Origin: Leptospira sp.
GTDB taxonomy: Bacteria > Spirochaetota > Leptospiria > Leptospirales > Leptospiraceae
Direction of reading: 5' to 3'
Assembly (NCBI GenBank): GCA_034439575.1
Contig: JAWXAQ010000027.1
Location: forward strand, 224,001 to 288,000
DNA length: 64,000 bases
Shown here: positions 34,093-44,672 of the stretch, piece after piece
How the letters are laid out: every line of letters begins with the position of its first letter
Numbering within the stretch: the first letter of the stretch is position 1
Notes under the pieces: generated by a model
What the model saw: the letters and a program-made list of their open reading frames with translations, nothing else
What the model was told of the DNA's origin: nothing
Databases searched by the model: none
Made by a program: the position numbers and the translations under genes

Positions 34093-34148
34093 CTATATTA
34101 TCGGAAATGATAAGCATAAAAAAAAATACCTGCAATCTCTTTAAAAAA

Positions 34149-36686
34149 TTAATGAGAAATAGATTTAGTTGGAATACTAAGAATGAAAGTCGATCCAAAT
34201 CCGAAAGAACTTTCAAAGAAAATTGATGCGCCAAGCATTTCTGCAAATTTTTTAGAAATCGTCAAACCAAGCCCTGTGCCTTCAATGGATTTATTTTCAG
34301 TAAATCGAGCAAAAGAATCAAATAAGCGTTCCTTGTCTTCTTCACGTATGCCTTCACCCTGATCTTTGACCTTAATAAGAAGATCATTTTTTACTATTTC
34401 TAAAGAAACATTCACTTGAGATTTGGATTTTGAGAATTTGATAGCATTCGAAATTAAATTGAGTATTATTTGATACAATTTTGTTCGGTCTGAAATTAAT
34501 TTGAATGATTCTAAATTGTTGGTTTCAATGATTAAACTAATTTCGGAACTTTCTATTTGGGGGGTCAAATTCTCTTTGCAATTCAATAAGATTTCATAGG
34601 GATACACTGGACTCATATCCAAAGAAACTTTACCTGCTTCAATTTTTGAAAGTTCTAAAAGTTCATTGATCATTTTGAGAAGTGTCTTTCCAGATTTATT
34701 GATATATTCTATATATTTTTTACTCGTCGTATTATCTTCAGGAAGTTTGATGATTTGAGAAAATCCAATAATGGAATTTAAAGGGGTCCGGAGTTCATGG
34801 CTCATATGTGCTAGAAATTCCGATTTTACTTTATTTGCTGATTCAGCTGCTTCTTTAGCTTTTACTAAATCGTTAGTACGAATTTCAACTAATTCTTCGA
34901 GATGTTCATGGTAAAGTTTCAGTTCATTACTTGTTTTTAATCGTTCGATATAATTGCCCACCCAATTCGAAACCGTTTTAAAAAGTAAAATTTCATCTTG
35001 TTCTAATATTGTATTGTTTTGTTTTTCCCAACCAAGAATACCATAGTACTTACCGCTAATATAAATCGGAATCATTAATACATAACTGCACCCTCGGGCA
35101 AAAAACCATTTTTCGTTTTTTTTCGCCATATCTACATTGATAGAAATCCATTCATTATCAATTAACTGCTTATGCCATAATTGTAAACTTTCTTCAGTCC
35201 ATAATTTATTGGTTAATAAATTGCTATAACCAAGGTAATCTGGATTCTTTTTTGCTTCGAAGTGTAATGCATACTCTATATCTGAATCGCTATCTATGTT
35301 TTGTAAAAGATAAACACAATCCATTTCGGTGAAATATAAAAAGTCTTCCAAGGATTCACTTAGAATATGTGGAGTTGGGTTCGGTTGAATTAAAACTTGA
35401 GTAGTAGAAGAGACGCCAAGTTCAAATAACATACGTTTTGAGATGTTTTTTTCCATTTGTTTTTGCTGGCTAATATCTTCAATATTAAATAAAACAAATG
35501 TTGGATCAGATTCCTTTTCAAAAATTACTGACAAAGTAATTTTTGCTTCAAAAGGTTCTTTGCTTTTTTTATAACATGTAAGTTCGGTAACCAGATTTGT
35601 TTTGGATTTTAAGGCATCTTCAATTTTTAATAAAGTGGAGTCCCGAGTCAGAGGGCCAAATAGTATCCTTGGACTTTTTCCAACTAATTCTTCCTCAGTA
35701 TAACCTGTTAAATTACTCAAGGCTTCATTGATGATTTCTATATTAAAGGTCTCTCTAAAGTTGATATTGAAATTTAAAATGAGACTGGCTTCATGGCTTT
35801 GGTGGAACATCGATTTGTATAAAGCTGATTCATAACTAGTTCTTATCCGAACAAAATAAGATTCCAGTATATAAATGATTCTCGTCCACTCAATGTGTTC
35901 GGAGATCCAATCCGCGGAGACTTCTGTAATTAATAAAACACCAAGCAGACGTTTGTCTTTTTTTATAATCAGTGTGATATTGTAGTTATCTGATTGAAAA
36001 GATTTATCAATATTTAATAGTTTTAATGTACCTAGTTTTAATTTTTCTTCGATGGCAGTAAGTGTGCCTGGTGAATAAATTTTTTCTTCACGGTAGGAAG
36101 ATATACATTTCCAATTTGATTTCCTCTTTTGATTTTTTATGGGTTCAAAGGAAAAGGATTCAATATTGCCCCAATACTCGATTTGAGAAGCATTGGTGAT
36201 ACTCTGAAATTGTATTACCACTTCGGAAATAAGATCTTCCGTTGGTGTATTCATTAAGGATAAACCTGAGATAAATCCCTTCGTCTCTAAAAATAAAGTT
36301 CTGTTTTTCTGAATTCTATCAGCATTAACTCTTTCGGTAATATCTTCAATGATACAACTGTAAGGAGGGGGAGCGTTTGGTGTTAAGCTAGGGATTAAAA
36401 ATATTTGATAAGAAAATATTTTTATTTCATTTTGATTCTTTTCTTCAATAATCCCATTTGAATGTGAAGAGAAATCTGTTTGAGACTTTACGATTTTTAA
36501 AAATATATTATGGTAACTTATTTTTTCAGCAAGTCCGTTTTGATAAAGGATGGTTGGTTTTTCGGAATCTCTTACTGCTATAAAAACAGCTTGGTTTAAG
36601 TTTGCTAAGGTTTCATAGGCGAGTAATAGATGGTCAAGTTTCCTTGTATCATTTCTTTCAAAAAATGTAGAAGGATCCTCTGGCAT
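34149..36686 (-). CDS. Cytoplasmic PAS/GAF sensor histidine kinase
   Basis: PAS ([14 protein letters not shown]), H-box [36 protein letters not shown]. Confidence 0.92.
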   Translation of the reverse strand: MPEDPSTFFERNDTRKLDHLLLAYETLANLNQAVFIAVRDSEKPTILYQNGLAEKISYHNIFLKIVKSQTDFSSHSNGIIEEKNQNEIKIFSYQIFLIPSLTPNAPPPYSCIIEDITERVNADRIQKNRTLFLETKGFISGLSLMNTPTEDLISEVVIQFQSITNASQIEYWGNIESFSFEPIKNQKRKSNWKCISSYREEKIYSPGTLTAIEEKLKLGTLKLLNIDKSFQSDNYNITLIIKKDKRLLGVLLITEVSADWISEHIEWTRIIYILESYFVRIRTSYESALYKSMFHQSHEASLILNFNINFRETFNIEIINEALSNLTGYTEEELVGKSPRILFGPLTRDSTLLKIEDALKSKTNLVTELTCYKKSKEPFEAKITLSVIFEKESDPTFVLFNIEDISQQKQMEKNISKRMLFELGVSSTTQVLIQPNPTPHILSESLEDFLYFTEMDCVYLLQNIDSDSDIEYALHFEAKKNPDYLGYSNLLTNKLWTEESLQLWHKQLIDNEWISINVDMAKKNEKWFFARGCSYVLMIPIYISGKYYGILGWEKQNNTILEQDEILLFKTVSNWVGNYIERLKTSNELKLYHEHLEELVEIRTNDLVKAKEAAESANKVKSEFLAHMSHELRTPLNSIIGFSQIIKLPEDNTTSKKYIEYINKSGKTLLKMINELLELSKIEAGKVSLDMSPVYPYEILLNCKENLTPQIESSEISLIIETNNLESFKLISDRTKLYQIILNLISNAIKFSKSKSQVNVSLEIVKNDLLIKVKDQGEGIREEDKERLFDSFARFTENKSIEGTGLGLTISKKFAEMLGASIFFESSFGFGSTFILSIPTKSISH

Positions 36687-37634
36687 TTAAAAATGAGTTA
36701 ATAGATCTTTTGGTAATTTAAAACTCATAGTGTCTTCTCTGCTTTCTGGAAAAAGAGTCACGTTCGCATTTGGAAAATAAGCAAGTAATGTTTCTACAAT
36801 TTCATCTACGAGAACTTGCGGACTCGAGGCTCCAGCTGTAATACCTAAAATTTTTATTTTATGTTCTTTGAGGTATTCTTTATTTATTTCCTCCCGGCTC
36901 GTGATTCGAAAAGATAAAGGCTTCGTTTTTTTTGCCAGTTGAAGTAACCTAACCGAATTTGAAGAGTTTGGTGATCCGATGACAAGCATAGCATCGACAG
37001 AGTCTATCATACTAGTCACAGCTTCTTGCCGTTCTGTTGTCGCATAACATATGTCATCTTTTTGTGGATGTTCAACGAATGGGAAAACTTCGGCAATTTT
37101 TTCAACAATACCTTTTGTGTCAGTAACTGAAAGTGTCGTTTGCATCAGATAAGTGAGAGGTTTTTCTTTCGAAATGAGGTCTTTTAAATTCACAACATCA
37201 TTTTCATCCTCTACGAGAAACATATCTGCTTCCCCCATAGTTCCTATGGCTTCGTCATGACCTTTGTGTGCGATATATATGATTTGGTGAGTGTCTTTAA
37301 TATTTCTAGCTTTCCTATGAACTCTAGTCACAAGAGGACAGGTAGCATCACCTATATGCATGCCTCTTGATTTTGCATCTGCAACGACTTCAGGTGAAAC
37401 TCCGTGGGCCGAAAAGATAACTGTCGCGCCATTCGGGGCTTCCGAAAGTTCTTCAATAAATTTGATTCCTCGTTTTTTCATTTCATCCACAACTCTCTGG
37501 TTATGCACGATTTCCTTACGCACATAGAGTGTTTCATTGGGCTTAGAGGCAAAAACGGTGTCAACGTAGGATATGGCATACTTTACGCCTGCACAGAAAC
37601 CGCGGGGGTTGGCCAAGTAGATAGTCTCGAGCAA
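36687..37634 (-). CDS. ispH: 4-hydroxy-3-methylbut-2-enyl diphosphate reductase
   Basis: PRGFCAGV, IVHN, SAHG, DATCPLV, ICYATTERQ, SSNS, TAGASSP; TTG start at 37634 after AAGGAAGG. Confidence 0.96.
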   Translation of the reverse strand: MLETIYLANPRGFCAGVKYAISYVDTVFASKPNETLYVRKEIVHNQRVVDEMKKRGIKFIEELSEAPNGATVIFSAHGVSPEVVADAKSRGMHIGDATCPLVTRVHRKARNIKDTHQIIYIAHKGHDEAIGTMGEADMFLVEDENDVVNLKDLISKEKPLTYLMQTTLSVTDTKGIVEKIAEVFPFVEHPQKDDICYATTERQEAVTSMIDSVDAMLVIGSPNSSNSVRLLQLAKKTKPLSFRITSREEINKEYLKEHKIKILGITAGASSPQVLVDEIVETLLAYFPNANVTLFPESREDTMSFKLPKDLLTHF

Positions 37635-37794
37635 ATGGGAACCTTCCTTAAGTCTTTTTGCCAAGATTCCTACCAAATGCAAAGAGAATTTTTCTGCTGT
37701 GACATATTGCTTTTTAGCGGAAGTCAGCTTTTATTCTAAAAATCTTTTATTTATCTATTATCCCATCCTCATAATTAACCGATCATGTTCTTGA

Positions 37795-38730
<936 letters not shown>

Positions 38731-38738
38731 TGGGATAG

Positions 38739-38802
38739 GAGAAGCTAAGAGGTAGAGCAGGTGGTTGGGGCACTGCTTCTTAGTTTCTCTGTTTTCTTTT
38801 TG
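38739..38802 (+). terminator. flaB terminator
   Basis: 17-bp stem GAGAAGCTAAGAGGTAG / CTGCTTCTTAGTTTCTC (3 G-U pairs), 17-nt loop, then TGTTTTCTTTTTT. Confidence 0.75.
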
Positions 38803-39111
38803 ATTTGATCTAAAAACCTGAACATAGTTTTCCTCTCTTTATATTATAATTTAAATATCCTCTTTTTATTTTTATTTCAATCTTACTTAATCTAACGAAT
38901 GCCTAATTGTAAAAAGATAATTGGTGTTATCTCTTTTGATTGTTAGATAATTGAATCGGTTTTCGATAATTCATTTTCAAGCTTTGGGATGATCAATAAT
39001 AAATCGCTAACGGAATAGATGAGGTTGAAATGAGTTTAGGAAATAATAGATTATATAGATTAAGCCAAATCGGATCAAATTTAATAAACTACTTTCAATC
39101 AAGGAATAAAT

Positions 39112-39362
39112 ATGAAAAATATTTCTGTATTTTGTATCTTCTTACTTATTGGTTGTCTATCAGAAAAGGATGATTGTTATGATAAATTAGAAATAAATTC
39201 AAGTGATACAAATTGTTTGGTGCTACCTATCGCTTTGCGAAATACAGAAATTAGATCAACGGGTTTAGCTGACATTATTTTTAATGAAATGCCTTCAGTA
39301 TGAATATGGTAAAACAAAAATGCGAAGGCAAATCTCCGATTTTACCTAGAGGAATAAAGTGA
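39112..39362 (+). pseudogene. Small Cys-rich lipoprotein, probably frameshifted
   Basis: AAGGAA RBS and LLIGC lipobox; ORF stops at 39303, but shifted frames continue LMKCLQYE and MVKQKCEGKSPILPRGIK* (TGA 39360-39362). Confidence 0.55.
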
Positions 39363-39675
39363 AATGTTAATATTCTACTATTAACAAAGATTGCTTACTT
39401 TCTTCGGTTATGTGATTCGTAAGAAATTTGAATTGAAAATGAATTAGAAAAGCATCTGACAAATCATATTTGGGATAAGCCCAGTTGGTTGCTGAATTGA
39501 GCCCAAAGGAAGAACGACTATAAATAATATAAATATTTATAGTCAAGATATTAGCGTCGATTAAAAATTTGTAGAAATTTTTCACTAAGTATTTAATTTT
39601 ACAGGTGATATGCGAAAGTTAAAATAAAAGCAATATTTTTATATTAATTAAAAACAGAAACCGAAAGAAAATCAA

Positions 39676-40392
39676 ATGAACCTTCTTAAAGTTAGTATAC
39701 ATAGCAAAAATATAGCAAAACGAATATTGTTTATAAGTATAATACTTGCGCTTAATTTTTGTTATTCCTTATCGATTATTTCTCCTGGCATCTCTTCTAT
39801 TTATAAATTAAGAAAAATCGGGGATATACGCTTTGAAGAAGCAAAATTTTACGGAAGTGCAGAATATTCTTATCAATTATTTTTTATTGAAGATTCATTT
39901 TTGCAAGAGATCTTCGATGATCCAAATAATTTGTATTTTGATGAGAATCAAAATTTTGGAAAAGAAAAAATTTCAAACCAGGTCAATTCAAAGAGATTTT
40001 TTTTGTTTGAACTCTGTTATTCGAAAGATAGGGAATTTGATATTCTGACTGATATAAAAGATTATGATTTCCGATTAAATCAAAATCCATCTTTGTATCA
40101 AATTCATTATTCTTATGCATATAGTTATTACCAAAGAGGGGAATACAAATTCAAAAATAAACCTCTTATCGTAAGAGATAAATTACCTCATTCAAAATTA
40201 CTTCTAACGACAGGGACAGATTTCATTTCTTGCGTCAGATCTATTTTAGTTTATGATCAAAAAAACGAGATCAAAGGGAAAAATTCATTTAAAGTCATTA
40301 CATCAAATAAAAATCATTTGGATTTTTATTATAATTATATTCATGAATTTGAAAAATACTGGGATGAACCAATGGAAATTCGTGTTAAATAG
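39676..40392 (+). CDS. Hypothetical putative lipoprotein (238 aa)
   Basis: Basic N-terminus + hydrophobic stretch + LNFC; AT-rich; shares motifs with 40893-41492. Confidence 0.6.
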   Translation: MNLLKVSIHSKNIAKRILFISIILALNFCYSLSIISPGISSIYKLRKIGDIRFEEAKFYGSAEYSYQLFFIEDSFLQEIFDDPNNLYFDENQNFGKEKISNQVNSKRFFLFELCYSKDREFDILTDIKDYDFRLNQNPSLYQIHYSYAYSYYQRGEYKFKNKPLIVRDKLPHSKLLLTTGTDFISCVRSILVYDQKNEIKGKNSFKVITSNKNHLDFYYNYIHEFEKYWDEPMEIRVK

Positions 40393-40591
40393 GAATTCGA
40401 AAATACCGAATTTTCCAATTAAGAATTGAAATAAACGCAAATTATGCGATTTATATAAGTAGTAAAAATGTATATTCTTTTCTAGTTTATGAGAGTTTTG
40501 CCTAATGTGAGTTGAAAAGACTTAAGCAAAGTATGTTCTAAACTATAACTAGGCTAAACCGTCAGATGAATTTATAGGCATATTTGAAATA

Positions 40592-40867
40592 GTGTATAGA
40601 ATGTTAAATAACAGAATACTGAATTTTTATAGTTTAGTCGTCTCAATGATTATAATTATATTCAATTTTTCATGTAAAAGTGAATCTGAATGTCATAAAA
40701 CAGCCACTAATATAAGTAAAAATTCATGCATCCAAATTTTAACGACACCGATTTTTGATAACTTATCTGAAATGGAACGGAGAGAAGTCATTACTATTGG
40801 TCAGTCTTTTTGTTTATTGGAATTAATTACTTTGAATCGTCAAAAAAAGAAATGTGAAACTTTTTAA
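40592..40867 (+). CDS. Small Cys-rich lipoprotein
   Basis: FNFSC lipobox followed by four further Cys; start uncertain (GTG 40592 or ATG 40601). Confidence 0.6.
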   Translation: MYRMLNNRILNFYSLVVSMIIIIFNFSCKSESECHKTATNISKNSCIQILTTPIFDNLSEMERREVITIGQSFCLLELITLNRQKKKCETF

Positions 40868-40892
40868 TTTTATTTTTAATTAGAGAAAAATT

Positions 40893-41492
40893 ATGGTTCA
40901 GATACGAACGAGTTTATTTATTTTTAATTTTATATTATTTCAAAATTGCCTTTTACCTAATTATATTGATCACACTTATAAATGGACTTTGATAAAAAAC
41001 ATTCCGAATGAATGTTTATTGAAATCTTCGATTGATAGAAACAATAATTTAATCAACTCCTATTTATTGGATAATCAATCTACAATAGATCTAATAGAAC
41101 ATTTTGGTTTGTATCAGAATGGAAAAAATAGAAAAAATACTTTTGTAATCGAAATATTTTCTATGGAAAATATTGAAATTAAACAATTTTCTCCTATTGA
41201 ATCTTTACTATTACCAGTAGAGGCTTTCAAGGTTGAGATTCATTCCGTTAAAGCGTATGGTTATTTTTGGGAAAGGTGGAACGAAAAACCAATGCGATTG
41301 AAAGATTCATATATTTATGAACCAAATTATATTAATACAAATAAATTATTGCCTGATCCAAATGTTTGGTATGTATACTATTTATTTTATATTGGTATGA
41401 ATTTTGAAAATCTGATTAAAAATGAAATTCATATCACTCAAGTTATTCATAATAGTAACTCCTTTCAGAATCGAGAATGTTTTAATTTCTAG
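40893..41492 (+). CDS. Hypothetical putative lipoprotein (199 aa)
   Basis: MVQIRTSLFIFNFILFQNC lipobox-like signal; 25 nt downstream of the small lipoprotein. Confidence 0.65.
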   Translation: MVQIRTSLFIFNFILFQNCLLPNYIDHTYKWTLIKNIPNECLLKSSIDRNNNLINSYLLDNQSTIDLIEHFGLYQNGKNRKNTFVIEIFSMENIEIKQFSPIESLLLPVEAFKVEIHSVKAYGYFWERWNEKPMRLKDSYIYEPNYINTNKLLPDPNVWYVYYLFYIGMNFENLIKNEIHITQVIHNSNSFQNRECFNF

Positions 41493-41495
41493 AGA

Positions 41496-41627
41496 CATCT
41501 GCGAAAGGGATTTTAGCGGAAATCCTGCGGTACTCTGATCAATTTTGATAGGTTTAGATAATTTCGCCAAATAGAAAACAATGGCAGATTGGAGCGTAAA
41601 GCCCGTTCTGCGTTAGCAGATTCGCCC
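41496..41627 (+). ncRNA. Flavo-1-like structured RNA / interspersed repeat
   Basis: GGGATTTTAGCGGAAATCCTGC...GCAGATTGGAGCGTAAAGCCCG matches the recalled Flavo-1 core; flanking ATCTGCGAA/TTAGCAGAT pairing; GC-rich within an AT-rich island. Confidence 0.6.
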
Positions 41628-41652
41628 AAGGAATACAAAATAAAAATACTTT

Positions 41653-42231
41653 TTATTCATCATCGTCTAACATATCAAATCCGCCTACACCAAAAATAAA
41701 ATCGGCCAACTCATTTAAATTCAATCCGAGGCGAATGCCATAAAAAAAACTGATAGAAGTTTCCAAATGAAGAGGAGCATCACAGCCAGCATTATCTTTC
41801 TGATTTTGTTTTGGTATCGGAACAAGGAGTAGCAAATTCAATGCATCAAATGATTTTCCTTTTTCACGTTCAGAATTTCTATACATAGGTCTATGTTGTA
41901 TCGAATTTTGAATCAAATACGAAGATCCCATTCGATTTCTGTGTTTTCCGATTAAATCAGCGGATAATATATTGATATTTCCATGACCACCTGTTTCATA
42001 AAAACCGATGGTACCGCCTCGCATTCCGATACCTTTTGTTGAAGCATTATATGATAGACCTCCACCAAGACACCAAAACCAAAATGAAACACCCAAAGAT
42101 TCTTTTTCCACTCCTAAGGTGATGATATCTTTCAAATCTTCTACTCGATTTTTAAGATAAAAGTGATCCGTCTGGCAAGAGAAAGTAAATAATAAAAGAA
42201 AAAATAATTTAATGAATCTATGTAATTTCAA
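41653..42231 (-). CDS. Lipoprotein resembling the leptospiral LIC13411 adhesin family
   Basis: FTFSC lipobox; NRVEDLKDIITLGVEK, GMRGG, YGIRLGLNLNELADFIFGVGGFDMLDD pattern (family recalled, not searched). Confidence 0.55.
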   Translation of the reverse strand: MKLHRFIKLFFLLLFTFSCQTDHFYLKNRVEDLKDIITLGVEKESLGVSFWFWCLGGGLSYNASTKGIGMRGGTIGFYETGGHGNINILSADLIGKHRNRMGSSYLIQNSIQHRPMYRNSEREKGKSFDALNLLLLVPIPKQNQKDNAGCDAPLHLETSISFFYGIRLGLNLNELADFIFGVGGFDMLDDDE

Positions 42232-42331
42232 ATTTTGCCTTCCTAATTTTTTTATATGAAATTAGGATAATAGGTATTAATTTTTATTACATAGGTGATC
42301 TCCGCAATGTAGGGAATTACTTAAATGGAAT

Positions 42332-43600
42332 TTATCTCCTAATTGTTGCTATTTGAAATACAGGAATTTCATTTCGATTCATATCATATTCAAACCTTTG
42401 CGTATGTGTGCCAGAAAAAGTATCAGCTTGGGTTGCGAAGATGATAGAATTTGATTTGCCTATATAGGATGGATGCAAGGATGGTTTGTCCCCATCAGTT
42501 AGATATTTCACTTTTTTTGTGTTACGTGACCATTCCGCTAGTTGTGCGACGGGTCCATAATCGTCACTTCGTTTTGTATGAATTCCATCGAAATTGTCGG
42601 CACGTGTAACGAATGCTATTTGATTTCCATTCGCTGAATACGTAGGAGTGGAACTGCTTTCATCTCCATTTATAATTTTAATGATTTTTTTACTGTTAAC
42701 CTCCAATTCCCAAATTTGGCCCTTTCCTCCAGGGTTCTCTGAGTTATAATCAGCTGAGGATTCAAAAACGACTTTTTTTCCATCTGGACTATAAACCGGG
42801 TTTGCAGCACCGGCATCGCCATTAGTAAGGTATGTGAATTTTTTGTTTTTCACATCATATTCGGCCAATTGGTATCTTCTGTTAGGTGGGGAGGCGCTGA
42901 GATTAAGCGCACCTGTGACAAAAATAATTTTTGTGCCATCATGATTGTATCTGGGGCGACTCGATTCACCATCGCCATCAGTTATATAGGTTACAACATT
43001 TGTTTTGCGATCCCATTCAGCAATTTGTTGTTCTGGATCTCCCCATTCATTTTTTCTCGCTGTAAATTTTCCTTTAAAACCGGCAGATCTTGTTTGAAAA
43101 ATTATTTTATTTCCATCAGGACTATATTCTGGAAAATCAGACCAAAAATCTCCATCGGATATGTATCTCGTTGTTTGATTTGTAAGATCATACTCTGCAA
43201 TTTGTGATGTACGAACGCCTTTTGGGTTCAATTTATTTTTAAGTGAACCTAGGTTATGCGATTCTGTTCTAAATACTATAAATTTTCCATCATTACTATA
43301 ACTGGGTTCTGATTGATAATAATCTGCATCAAACAAAAATTTAACTTCACCAGTTTTAATGTCTAACTCGGCTACTTGTGTGAATGAAGTTGTTTCGTGA
43401 TTTCCACTAAAATTATCTGCATGTGTAATAAAGACAATTTTGGAACCATCTTTATTTGCTCTCGGGGAACTAGAACTTGCAGATAAGGTTTCGTCTGAAT
43501 CAGCTGGTGATCCATCTGTCATATAAATGATATGATCGGTACTTTGTGAGAGTAGAATTTGGTAAGAAAAAAGTAGAATAAGTAAGCGGATTTTTTTCAT
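42332..43600 (-). CDS. Secreted TolB-like beta-propeller protein (PD40 repeats)
   Basis: Signal peptide; about 7 repeats of Q(I/L)AE(Y/W)D...Y(I/L)TDGD..S..P.YS.DG.K(I/V)(V/I)F. Confidence 0.85.
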   Translation of the reverse strand: MKKIRLLILLFSYQILLSQSTDHIIYMTDGSPADSDETLSASSSSPRANKDGSKIVFITHADNFSGNHETTSFTQVAELDIKTGEVKFLFDADYYQSEPSYSNDGKFIVFRTESHNLGSLKNKLNPKGVRTSQIAEYDLTNQTTRYISDGDFWSDFPEYSPDGNKIIFQTRSAGFKGKFTARKNEWGDPEQQIAEWDRKTNVVTYITDGDGESSRPRYNHDGTKIIFVTGALNLSASPPNRRYQLAEYDVKNKKFTYLTNGDAGAANPVYSPDGKKVVFESSADYNSENPGGKGQIWELEVNSKKIIKIINGDESSSTPTYSANGNQIAFVTRADNFDGIHTKRSDDYGPVAQLAEWSRNTKKVKYLTDGDKPSLHPSYIGKSNSIIFATQADTFSGTHTQRFEYDMNRNEIPVFQIATIRR

Positions 43601-43768
43601 AAATAACCTTTGTAAGCATTGATTTAGAACTGCCAGAAATTATATGAATCTGTTTCCTATATGCAAGAATAAAATCTAATGAAGAATCAAAATTGATAAT
43701 TATCCTTAACACTTGACCATTTCCCCGCAAAAATTTGTCATACTGTAAGGGAAGGGTTTATAAATTTA

Positions 43769-44668
43769 ATGGCGAATAAACAAGAAATTCAAGAGAAAGT
43801 TAAAGTATATTTAAAGAGTAAAGAACGAATCAGTCTTTCCATTTCAAAGATCATTGATTCAATTTTTAATACTCCATTTTCTAAATTCTTTGTAGAAAAT
43901 TTCCAACTTCCACCAGTGGCTTTGTTAGACGCTTTTACAAAAAAATCATCAAGAGTTAGTTCTGCATTGGACTTAAATATTCAAAATGCATATCCATTCC
44001 AAACATTGTCAGAAGGAATGCAAAAGGAAACTGAAATTGCTATTGCAGATTTTGTTTCTGCTATCGAAGTTTATCCCTCCAAAGAATTGTTAGTTGATTT
44101 ACTAAATCAAAAAGCAATTCAAGAGATCATCGCAAATATTATTGAAAGTGGTATCATAGAATTTAATAAAAAAACGAATCCATTGTTTGGAATGATTCAG
44201 GCGACAGGACTTGATAAACAGATTAAATCTTTTATTAATTTGTTTTTGCCGAATTTTTTACCTAAGATTGCTGATTTTTTATACAAAACTAGTTTTGGAG
44301 AAAATAGTACATTGACGCGTGATATTGTTGTTATACTGCTAAATGCTCCCATGACAGAACTACAAATGCCAAACGCAGAGCAGGTTAAAATCGCAGAAGA
44401 AAAATTGGAAATATTAAGTGAAAAGATTAAAAATGACGCTACTTTAGAAAAAACTCTTTCCACTTTTATCTCTGAGATTTCGTCTAGGTTCCAAAAAGCT
44501 CATGGTCATGAAAATCTGATAAAATTTTTAGAACTTTCCACAGATGATTATCAATCCTTAAAAAAAATGTTTTCTGATTATTTAGCGAATGAAATTGTAA
44601 AAGTTCAAAATCAAAATTCCATTGATGAACTCGTGGCGGGAATTATCGATGATATACTAAACCAATAA
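43769..44668 (+). CDS. Hypothetical helical protein
   Basis: 299-aa ORF with ATG, 4 nt gap to the next gene; no motif recognised. Confidence 0.7.
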   Translation: MANKQEIQEKVKVYLKSKERISLSISKIIDSIFNTPFSKFFVENFQLPPVALLDAFTKKSSRVSSALDLNIQNAYPFQTLSEGMQKETEIAIADFVSAIEVYPSKELLVDLLNQKAIQEIIANIIESGIIEFNKKTNPLFGMIQATGLDKQIKSFINLFLPNFLPKIADFLYKTSFGENSTLTRDIVVILLNAPMTELQMPNAEQVKIAEEKLEILSEKIKNDATLEKTLSTFISEISSRFQKAHGHENLIKFLELSTDDYQSLKKMFSDYLANEIVKVQNQNSIDELVAGIIDDILNQ

Positions 44669-44672
44669 TTGT

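Noticed and set aside
38890..38948. 59-bp attC-like element (ATCTAAC...GTTAGAT fits RYYYAAC/GTTRRRY)
   Set aside because: The L''/L' boxes are not complementary at the expected spacing, the inner stem is off-centre, no similar sites follow the other island ORFs and no intI is present; IntegronFinder would settle it
39367..39585. 72-aa minus-strand ORF in the island (also 39833-40048 and 41382-41570)
   Set aside because: No RBS or motif; they overlap inverted repeats, a better-supported gene or the Flavo-1-like element
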